From Lama glama (Eukaryota): a DNA stretch of 64,000 nucleotides. Under the pieces are notes generated by a model that worked only from the letters and a program-made list of their open reading frames with translations, did no database searches and was not told where the DNA came from. Where the stretch lies: contig CM052816.1 of assembly GCA_028534125.1 (NCBI GenBank), positions 83,764,001 through 83,828,000 on the forward strand, read 5' to 3'. The number at the start of each line of letters is the position of its first letter. The first letter of the stretch is position 1. The translations under genes and the position numbers were made by a program. This document shows positions 53,620-64,000 of the stretch, piece by piece.

Positions 53620-56530
53620 TAGATTTAGTGAGATATAATTCATATGCCATAAAATATACCCATTAGACTTAATATTTTTAGTGTATACACAAAGTTGTAC
53701 AAACCATCAGCACAATTTAAATTTAAAACATTTTCATTACCCCAAAAAGAAACCCTATATCCATCAGCAGTCACTCTTGTTCACCCCACATGCCCCTACA
53801 CCCAGGGGATCTTTCTGTTTCTATATATTTGCCTATTTCAGACAGTTTATATTAATAGATTTATACAATATGTAATCCTCAGCATGCATCAGTATTTTAA
53901 TTACATTGTATAGGGAAATAATCTTTTGTATGGATAAACCACATTATATGTATACATATATATATCAATTTGTCATTTGGTATACATTTGGGTTTTTGCC
54001 CATATTACAGTTAAACTGAATAATGCTGCAGTGAACATTTATGTATAACTTTTTGTGCAGATATGTGTTTTACTTTCTCTTACGTACATAACTAGAAGTA
54101 GGAACACTTGGTCATACAGTAATACTATGCTCACATTTTGAGGAAATACCAGTTTTCCAAAGTACACCACTTTATATTCCCAACAGAAAAGTATGAATAT
54201 TCAAATTATTTGAAGCCTTGCTAACACTTGTTGTTGTGTGTCTTTTGGATTATTGTCATCCTAGTGGATACGAAGTGTAACCTGATAGTTCGATTTTCAC
54301 TTCCTTAATAACTAGTGATATTGAACATCTTTGCCGGTGCTGATTGGCCATTTGTATATTTTGAGGGGAGTTACGTCTATACAGATCCTTTGCCTGTTTT
54401 TAAAATAAGGCCATTTGTCTTTTTATTATTTTATTATTGTCTGTTTATTATATTAAATTTAATAATCATTTAACTATATCCTGATAAATATAAAACTCCA
54501 GTATATATAAATTCAGAAGTCATTGCATTGCATATATTTTCTACTGTTCTAGGAATTGTTTTTTCCCTTCTGGTGAGATATTGTGTACAGCACAAAAGTT
54601 TTGAATTTTCATGGAGGATGCTTTGTTTTTAATTTTGTCAGTTGTATTTTTGGTTTTTTTGGTGTCATATCGAAGCAAACACTGCCTAACCAGATATAAT
54701 GAAGATTTACTCCTACGTTTTCTTCTAAGAGTTTTAAAGTATTAATGCTTACATTTACTTCTATAATGCATTTGAGTGAATTTTTGTGTATGACTTGCAG
54801 AAAGGGTCCAAATTCATTATCTTGCCTCTGGATATCCAGTTTTTCCAGTAATGTTTGTAGAAAAGACTTTTCTAATTGAATTATCTTGCACTCTTCTTCG
54901 GAATCAATTGACCACACCTGTAAAGGTTTATTTTTAAACTCTTAACTCTATTTCATTGATCTATGTGTCTACCATATGCCAATACCACAGTGCCTTGACT
55001 GCTACAGCTTTGTAGTTAGTCTTGAAATCAGGAAATACGAGTCTTCCGAGTGTGTTCTTCTATTTTAAGAATGTTTGACCACTTTCAGTTTCTTGCTTTT
55101 CAGTGTGAAATTTAGGATCATTTTAACCATTTATGAAAGATACATGGTAGAGATTTTGATATGGTTAAGTCTGAATTTGCAGGTCAGTTTGGGAAGTGTT
55201 GCCATCTAAATATTATTATTTTCTGCTTCATGAATATGAGATGTTTTCTTTCAGTAACAGTTTAGAGCTTCTCCTATATAAGTCTTTCATGACTTTTGTT
55301 AAATGAATACCTAGTTATTTTACTATTTTTGATTTTAGTATAATGTTTTAATTTAATTTCAGGTTTGAATTTTTCATTGAGCTTATATTAAAATTCAATA
55401 TATTTTTATATTAATCTTGCTGAACTTAATTTTAATAGTTTTAAATGAATTCTTCAGGGTTTTCTATTTATAAGAACATGCCATTTGAAAATTCATAGAA
55501 ATTATTTTACTTTCATTCAGTATATGTCTTTATGTTTAATGTTGGATTGCCTTGGTTAGACATACCTGTACATTTTGAATAGAAATGTCAGAGTGTTCAG
55601 TCTTTCATCATCAAGTTTTTTTTGTCAGTTGTTGAATTTTGTTTTGTTTCGGTAAGCACCTTTCATTAGTTTGAAGAGTGTTATTTCATTCCTAGGTTGT
55701 TTTAAGTTTTAACTGTGAAAATGTTTTAGATTTTGTCAAAATAAATGTTTGTATCTGTTGAGATGAACATTATTATGTCCTTTTATTCTATTCAAATACT
55801 ACATTCTATTGGTTAGTTGTCAGATATTAAACCAACCTTTCACTCCTAGAATAAATTAGTCTTGATGATGGAGTATAGTTCTTTACTTTCGGCTTCAGTT
55901 TGCTGGATTGTGATGAGGGGTCTTGCACCTATATTCATAAGAGATACTAGTTCATAGTACTGTTTATTTGTGTTGTCTTTGATTTGTCATCAAGGTAATG
56001 TGTATCTCATCAAATTTGTTTGGAAGTAGTTCCTTCGCTTTCATTTTGGGGAATAATTTTGAAGGATTGATAAAGACTTTCTTTGAAACTGGTAGAATTC
56101 ACCCTTGAAAATCTGTTTTTTTTTAAAATATAGATTTCATTTATAGAAAGTCTTTAAATTACTAATTTAACCTTTTTACTTCTTACAGATTTGTTGCAAT
56201 TTTCTGTTTCTTCTGAGTAATTTTTGTGAGCATTTGTCTCCCTAGGAATTTGTTCATTTCATATGTTAATTTGTTGTTGTACAATTGGTAGAAATTCTTG
56301 TTTAATCCTTTGTATTTCTAGGTCCCCTTTCATTCCTAATTTTGGTAATTTGAGCCTTCTCTCTTTTTTTCTTAACCATATATCTAAAGGTTTGAAAATA
56401 TTGCTGATTTTTTAAAAGGCAAACAATTTCTGGTTGTTGATTTTCTCCGTTATTTTTCTGTTCTCTATTTCATTTCTTTTCTCCCTAATCTTTACAATTT
56501 TCTTTCTCTTAATTGTTTTGAGTTTAGATT
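53620..56530 (-). mobile_element. about 2.9-kb old L1M (3'UTR plus ORF2 remnant)
   Basis: T-rich; ORF 54609-54917 LKLLEENVGVNLHYIWLGSVCFDMTPK resembles L1 ORF2p. Confidence 0.9.
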
Positions 56531-56534
56531 GCTG

Positions 56535-57569
56535 TAATGTTCTTTTAGAACATTCTTTGTGGGCCTATACTCCAATGTCTAGGTTCACCAGACTTGCAGT
56601 CCTGCTCTCTCAACTTGGGGAGGCCCCATTGGACTGTCCAGCCTCTGGGCCAACAGCTCTGCTCTCCTGGCTTTGCTTCCATTTACCTGCCTTCAAAGTC
56701 AGTTTTTTTCCCTTCATTTTATTCCATCTCTGTCTCTACGAGTCCTGACTGACAGTGTCTTTGCTGGTATCAAATTCTCATGTTCTTTTTTGGTCTTCTG
56801 TAAACTCATGGATATCCGAGATATCAAGGCTGCTCCACACCTTCTTGGATAACCTATTTTCTGTTTTGGGTTCTGCTAAAATGTTTATTGAATTCATAAA
56901 TCACATGCTTGATCTCTTTTATAAACTTATCAAATGGTTGTACAGTCATACATTCAATATTCTTTTGAGAGCACGATTCTCATCTTTGGCTGCTACCTGG
57001 ATAAGCTGGTAACTTTCCAAATGTTCAAGTGTTGGTTACTTTTGCTTAACAATTCCTTCCTCATTTTAATCTCTTTCCTCTCATATTTTACTCTAAGCAG
57101 TGAGGAAAAACCAGGGTATATTTTCTACAGTTTATTTAGAAATCTTCTCAGTTAAAAATACAAGTTTGTTGCTTACAAATTCTACTTTATCCAACATAAT
57201 TCAGTCAAGTTCTCTGCTACTTTTAACAAGAATCATCTTTCTCCAGTGTCTGGTAACGTGTTCCTCATTTCCATCTGAAAGCTCACCTTTAACATTTATA
57301 TTTCTACCAGTGTTTTTGCTCATCCTTGTACACATAAAATGACAGAAGCATTTTCTACTGTGTTCCTCATTTCCATTTACATACTCACCATAATTGCCAT
57401 AAAAATCTATTTTTAACCAACTGTCTCTTCAAGGAAATGTAAGTTGCTGTTGTCATTCTATCAAGTGCATTAAAGTTCTTCTAGTCTCTACCCATTATCC
57501 AGTCCCAAAGCCATTGTGACATTTTTAGATATTTTTTATAGCAGCACCCAAATTCCCAAAATCAAAATC
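56535..57569 (-). mobile_element. MLT1 internal sequence (5' portion)
   Basis: acccattatccagtcccaaagcca...tagcagcaccc...caaaatc is the reverse of the MLT-int start and directly abuts the LTR. Confidence 0.8.
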
Positions 57570-58057
57570 TGTTTTAGCTTCCTAGGACTATTGTTATAGG
57601 ACCACAGACTGAGTTGCCAAAAGCAGCAGACATGTATACTCTCAGAGTTCTGGAAGTTAGAAGTCTGAAATCAAGGATCAAGGTGTCAGCAGGGTTGGTT
57701 CCTACTTGAGGCACTGAGGGAAAATCCCTTCTGTAATTCTTTCCTGGCTTCTGGTGGTTGTCTGCAATCTTTGTCTCTACTTGGCTTATAGATATATCAC
57801 TCCAATTTTACCTCTGTCTTCATGTTACATTCTTCCCAAGGCTGTCTTCCTTCTACGTATACCTGCATGCCAAAATTTCCTGATCTTATAAGGATATCAA
57901 CCATTAAATTAGGGCCCACTCTACCAGTATGGCTTCACTGTAACTTGACTATATCTGCAAATAACCAATTTCCAAATGAGATCATATTTACAGATACTAG
58001 ATACAGATACTAGGACTTGAATGTATCTTTTAGGAGTACAAAATTCAACCTACAATA
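57570..58057 (-). mobile_element. MLT1B/C-type 5' LTR
   Basis: agttctggaagttagaagtctgaaatcaagg...tcagcagggttggttcct...attcaacctacaa. Confidence 0.9.
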
Positions 58058-58094
58058 GTGTCCCCTAACATATTCCTGTGTGTGTGTGTGTGTG

Positions 58095-59500
58095 TGTTTT
58101 AGCACCATCTTGCTTTCTGTCAGTATAAGTTGCTCCAGGTTCATCATGTGTCTTTACTGTCCATGTCTTGGCATCAATCCTTTCTCCAAAGAAATCTGGC
58201 TCCTTTTATTGCAAGTGGTATTAGAAACCAAGATCTGGATATTGGATGTACTACCAGATAACAGAAAGTCATTTCTTTAAGCCCCTTCAGTTGGCATAGT
58301 GAAGAAATATATGTATGTATGTGTATATATACATATACTTACATATATATAAACATGTGTATGTATATCATGTTAATCTTAGATTTTTCCTGATCTCTCC
58401 ACCATGTGAATCGTTCCACCCTTCTCCCTTGTTTATATTTAAATTCTCACTGCAAAAGGGAGAAAACTGCCTCCCATAATCTGCTGTCCTTTCACCAAGT
58501 GTTTAATTCTGGTGCACATGTATAATAGTGTCTGTTGTCATCACATATTCCAGTGTGAAACAGCGTTATCAATGAGAAGACAGTTCTTTTGCACAGTTTT
58601 TTTTTTTGCTATAATTCTTCCGTATACCTATCATTTTTAAAGTTCAACAACCTTTTCCCATACCACCTTCAGTGTAATTGTTTCATTTACGTATAGTATA
58701 TTTAAGTCTACACATCAAAACTGCAATCCATCCTGTTATCCCTTGGCCATATAAATATATATTTTAAATTTGTATATATCAAGGCTCTATTTTGTAACTG
58801 TGAAAGCTGTAAAGTTCTCTAAATACATTTTAATAAATAATAAATAAATGGTTTTAATAAATACATAATATCATCTATCCACCATTGCAATATCGTGCAA
58901 AATGGTTTCACTATCCTAAACAAAACAAAATGAAACACTCATACTTCACCTTACACTCTCCAGTCATAACCCTGCATCCCTGGCAACCACTAATCTTTTC
59001 ACTATCTGTATAGTTTTGCATTTTCCAGCAAGACATATAATTGACATCATACAGGATGTAGCCTTTTTAGCTTGGCTTCTTTCACTTACCAATATGTATT
59101 TAAGGTTCCCCCATATCTTTTTATTGCTTAATGGATTAATTTTCATCATTGTATAATATTCTAATGTATGGACCTACCAGAGTTTATTTGTTGTTTCCAG
59201 TTTGGGCACTTAGGAATAAAGCTGCTATAAAAATTTTTGAGCAGGTTTTTATGTGTACATAGTTTTCAGTTTATTGTGGATCTACCTTCATAATTGCTGC
59301 ATCTTCTGCTAAGACTTTGTTAAGTTTTATAAGAAACTGCCAAAACTGTCTTTCAAAGTTGCTGTATCATTTTTTTCATTTCTACCAACAATGAAAGAAT
59401 GTCCTTTTTTCTTGCATTTTTGTCAGCATTGGTATTGGCAATGTTTTTCAGTTGTTATAATAGACATGCATTGATGTCTCATATTGTTTTGTTTTGTTTA
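58095..59500 (-). mobile_element. L1MC-type fragments
   Basis: ttctccaaagaaatctggctcctttt...ttagaaaccaagatctgg and cctggcaaccactaatcttttcact. Confidence 0.75.
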
Positions 59501-59504
59501 ACTA

Positions 59505-59790
59505 GTGGACACTTTTTGAGAAGTTTTAGATATACATTAAAAAATGAGTGGAAAGTACAGAGAGTACCCATGTGCCTTCTCACCGGCTCCAACAGCCCCG
59601 TTTTCTCTGAACATCAACATCTTGCATTGGTGTGTGTCCTTTGTTATAATTAATGAGCCTGTATTGATGCATTATTATTAGCAAAAGGTCACAGGTGAGA
59701 TCACTCTTTGCTTTGGGTATTGATAAATGACATGTCTCCATCATTACAGAGTCATAAAGGATATTTTCAGTGATTCCAATTTTTTTCCCT
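59505..59790 (-). mobile_element. L1MC1/2-type 3' end
   Basis: gttttagatatac...gaaagtacagagagtaccca...tttgttataattaatgagcc. Confidence 0.75.
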
Positions 59791-60361
59791 TATTTGAATT
59801 CATATTTTTGGTCATGATGCTTTGTTTTCTAATAGACCCTTTCCTCAGTTAGGGATCACTGAGTCTACATTTCTTGAATTCTTGAATGCTTTAATATTTC
59901 TGTCTAAATAGAATTTACACTTGAAGGGAGCTTGACTGAATATAACATTTTGGTCTGTTTCTTTGACCCAGAATTTTGTAGATATTTGTTCAGCTGTATG
60001 TCATTTGGTTGACCTAGACCTTTGATTGCCTGTGAGATAATCGACGCCTTTATGATTTCAAGAATCAGTTGGCTTTCTTATTAGATCATTACTTCCAGAT
60101 TTTTCTCTGAGTAAGAATCCTTGAAAATTCCATGCAAATCAGGTTTATAGAGAGCTAGTTGCCAGGCTGAAGCCATAATGTGAAACTTAGCACAACTTTT
60201 TCCCCCAGATACAAGCTTCCTCAAAGGAAACTTTAATTTTCACCCAAATTTCTAATTTATTTTATTTAGGGATAATACATTATTTTTCAAGGGAATGCAT
60301 TTTTTAATCTGTGCTCCAAGTTTGGAGGAATGAGAATGGTGCTACAGGCACCTTTTGCTTT

Positions 60362-60395
60362 CTGTGTGTGTGTGTGTGTACGTGTGTGTGTGTGT
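60362..60395. repeat. (TG)n microsatellite
   Basis: Visible directly in the sequence. Confidence 0.95.
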
Positions 60396-60974
60396 ATCTC
60401 AATAATATCTCTGTTTACACAGATGTTTCTCACTCCTGCCCTCTGTGTGACCTGCTGATTATGAACCCAAATCTCTCCTGAAATTAATGGGGCACATTGA
60501 TCATCACTAACACTGAACAGTGTACCATCTAGATAGATTTGCAGCATTCTCTGATACCCTCATTTGCCCATTTCTCTCTAATGAATTAGCTGATTAAAAC
60601 AAATTTCCCTAACTAAAAATCCACACAAAAGTTTTAAAAATAGTGCAGTTAATATTTTGTTCTAGTCTTTACCAAGATTCATTGACTGTTAGCATTTTAT
60701 CTCATTGGCTTTGTGTCTTGTGAAATACATTTCCTGTACTATTTTCTATCTGTTGCTTTGTTTAGCCTGGCTTAGGTTTGGCTTGTTTGCTGATTTGTTT
60801 TGCTTTGTTTCTTAACAGATTGCTTAATTAAAATCCTTGAGCTTTAAGGTAGTTTTAAAGCCTTGGTAACACTTTTTTTTTAAATCAGGTAGGCATTTCC
60901 CTCTTTCTTCCCAGACTGTCTGTTAGGTTTCTTTCGCCCTTTACTTCCACTTTAAAGCATGCTGCCTTATCTTG

Positions 60975-61150
60975 GGACACTGTAACAATCTACCATAGAC
61001 TAAACAATTAACAGTCATTTCTCATAGTTCTAGAGTCTGGGAAATCCAAGGTGAAGGTGCTGGAAGACTGGCTGTCTGGTGAGGGCCCTTGTCCTGGCTT
61101 GCAAATGGCCCTCTTCTCCGTGTATCTTCACGTGGAGGATGAGAGAAAGG
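60975..61150 (-). mobile_element. MLT1A-type LTR fragment
   Basis: atttctcatagttctagagtctgggaaatccaaggtgaaggtg...tctggtgagggcc. Confidence 0.85.
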
Positions 61151-61154
61151 GGGA

Positions 61155-61490
61155 TGAAGAAACAGAGCACAGAGGATTTTTACAGCAGTGAAAATTCTCC
61201 GTATGTTACCATGATCATTTATACACGTCATCTTACGTTTATCCAAACCCATGGAATGTACAACACTAGGAATGAGCCCTAAGGTAAAATGTGGACTGTG
61301 GGCAACTGTGATGTGTCAGTGCAGGATCACCAATTGAAACTAATGTACCACTCTGCGGGGAGGGGTGCTGATCATGAGAAAGCCTATGTATCTGTCGGGG
61401 TAGGTGAGATATGGAAAATCTTTGTACCATTCTCTCAGTTTTACTGTGAATCTAAAACTACTTTTAAAAAGTAGTCTTAATATAAAAAAA
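61155..61490 (+). mobile_element. L1MC1-type 3' end
   Basis: cagagcacagaggatttttacagcagtgaaa...tccaaacccatggaatgtacaacac...ctgtgaatctaaaactac. Confidence 0.85.
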
Positions 61491-62674
61491 GTTTGGGGCT
61501 AGGCATCGAAATTCTGGCCTTTGAACTACGTTAGAATGGGAGGTGATTGCTTTCCAGAGTTGGCACTTACATTTTGTAAGGCATGATCCTCTATTATTTC
61601 TTCCCACTGTCATTAAATTAAAGGCAATGTGGTAAAAATGGGGACCCCAACGAATGGAAGGAACCTCAATCATTGAAGGGCTTTGTGAGCAGAAATGCAA
61701 AATTCTAAAAACTTGCACTGAACTTTATGTTGTAGGAAATGAATGTTTAGGGTGCTCTAAGAAGACATTGGTGCTGTTGGTTCCATCATTACTAAGACAG
61801 TACTAAATTGCAAGGGGCAGGGAGCAAAGATATAAAGGTAGAAGTAGTAGCTGAACTGGAGACGTTGGAGGAAATCTAGCAAAGAGAGTTGACTATGTAA
61901 TATTTATATCTTTAATTCTGCCTCGTCAGCAACCAACTATCACTAACTCATACCATTTTAGAATTTCATCAATTACATCAAATGTACTTTTTCCTTGTGT
62001 AGATTGTTAACAGCCATCCACTGACTGTTACTGCAGATCCCTAAGACAGACACGTGAAAGTGCCATCTGTGTGTTTATCAGCAGCTGCTGTCTCCAAGAA
62101 TGTTTTAGTTTCACATATTAGTACATTTTGCTTTAATAAGAAAGAAATGACTTGAGCTAATAAGAGTTAGTTTCCCAATTCTTTCTGCAAGCGTTCTTTA
62201 AGTAACCAAACACTGAGAGAGAATTCCTTACTTCAGACGGGACAACCATGTGAGACGTGGAACTCCTTTAACAGGGTCTGTGGAGAGCAGGGCATTTTTG
62301 ATATCATCTTCAGTGTCCATTTAATAATGTGTAACAAACTTATTAGGACAACAAAAAAAGAAAGAGATGATAATCAAAGTTCTACAGAATAAAGCTTTCA
62401 GCCGTAACTGGACAAAAGTGTCTAACATAACTTTCAGACTGCTTACTAAATTTCATCTCTGTTTTTCTATACGAACTGGCTTTCAGAAACTCATTGTCAC
62501 ATACATTGACATGGTCACAGATAAATCTCAGGTTTCTCACCCCCCAAAAAAGACTGATTCCCAAATCCTTACCTCCTTTTCTCCCAAACAAGTCCCAGAA
62601 ACTTGGTTCTAATTGGCCTATTTTGTGACAGTATGTGTATTATTCCATGATTACTAAACCCAACAAATTAATGT

Positions 62675-63385
62675 GTTTGGCTGTTCCCAAAAAACACAGT
62701 GTGGGTTGTAGAAGAAGGGAGGTATGCTGAGCACATTAAGCAATTATCCTCAGAAGTGATGAATCACCTTAATTTTTGGACACAGAATGTGTCCTCTGGA
62801 AAAGGGGAGTGTTGAGGTCATCATCTAACATGCCTACCAGCATCTAATTTCTGTTCTTTTATTAAAAATACACTAAGTTCCCTGTGGGGAACAATTTCTG
62901 CCCACCTTAGCCTTGCATATTTCAGATCAGGCATCTCTAAGCGCCCAGCTCCCATTTTTCTGGAGAGGCATACTCCAAATTGATCAACCCACAGCATTAC
63001 TTCCTTTGCCCAAAAATGATTGGTTCAAGATGAGTCCTTGTCCCAAGCAGGTCTTTGAGACAGTCTTGAAATTTGTAATGAAAGTATGAAGAGGTATACT
63101 TCTTCTGCCAGCAATAACAGGACAAAAACCTGAACTGCTGCTGGAAACCTTTGTCTCCCCTTGGAAAGGAACTGCCTGAAAATGAGGCAAACTCAGAGCA
63201 GAATGTGACATGGAGAGTTGGGGGAAAGAGACTCTTGATCATGTTCAAGCATTTGGATCCAGTCCTATTAATGTCTGACTTTTTCCTTGATTCCTTTTAA
63301 TCTGTGAAACAGTAAGCTTGCATTTCCCTTTAAGCTAGTTTGAATTTCACAATTTGTCACTTAAAACTGAGTCTTGGCCAGCACA
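62675..63385 (+). mobile_element. old MLT1 (K/L-like) LTR
   Basis: 3' motif tttaagctagtttgaattt...tgtcacttaaaactga. Confidence 0.55.
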
Positions 63386-64000
63386 GGGGGAAGAGAGGGA
63401 GGTCAAAATTTCAAATGAAAAATTGAAACATCATTAGCCACCTGGTTTTTATTTGAATAAGTGAAGTAGGACACCCTTGCGCAGTTAAGTCATGGTTCGT
63501 AAAGAATCACTACCGTGAATTATATCACCAACCCCATCCAACAGAGTGGAAACTGGGTAGGATCATAGAGTTGACTCTGGGGTCAGGAACCAGAGATTAT
63601 ACTTGGGTTGGAAGGTATTCAAGCAACCTGAGTTTGGTACAACCGTTCCTTCTTTGGACATAATCCTCTAATTATTAAATCACTTCTTAAGAGCTTGGAA
63701 ATAACTCCGCTTGGCATACGCTTGAAACCATTATTTACTTTTTTTAAAAACTCCTTCAACTCAAACTTCCCTCTCATGCCATCTGAAATAGCAGTATCTG
63801 TGATGCTAGATTTCTTGATGATGTATTTAGCCCAGATTTTATCATATTTTCTACCTAAATTAGTTTCCCTTCCACCTAGAGCAGTTTATAAAGCATCAAG
63901 TCACCTAAAATTTCTATTACATAGAATACAAGAAAGTATTTTATAGATATTACATACTTTTTTTCTGCACTATTTAGCTATAACTTATCAACTTGCATTT

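Noticed and set aside
1..64000. Remaining short ORFs, CRISPR arrays or operon-like novel systems
   Set aside because: The ORFs are short and derive from repeats or low-complexity sequence; there are no regularly spaced repeat-spacer arrays; the DNA is mammalian and non-coding

Overview
AT-rich mammalian DNA, intergenic or deep intronic. It is most likely camelid (alpaca, llama or camel), judged from a tRNA-Ala-derived Vic-1-type SINE and artiodactyl-type L1 3' ends. I find no intact protein-coding gene, RNA gene or prokaryote-type system. The main non-repeat feature is a near full-length, intronless, poly(A)-tailed and disabled ANXA11 retrocopy on the minus strand (35866-38100). The rest is a layered transposon fossil record: L1 fragments of several ages, an L3/CR1 reverse transcriptase relic, MIRs, many MaLR/ERVL LTRs (one with internal sequence), Tigger-family MITEs, nested LTRs and microsatellites. 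One unexplained minus-strand exon-like unit (25903-26021) merits checking. Repeat subfamily names come from recalled consensus sequences and need confirmation with RepeatMasker/Dfam; most repeat boundaries are approximate.
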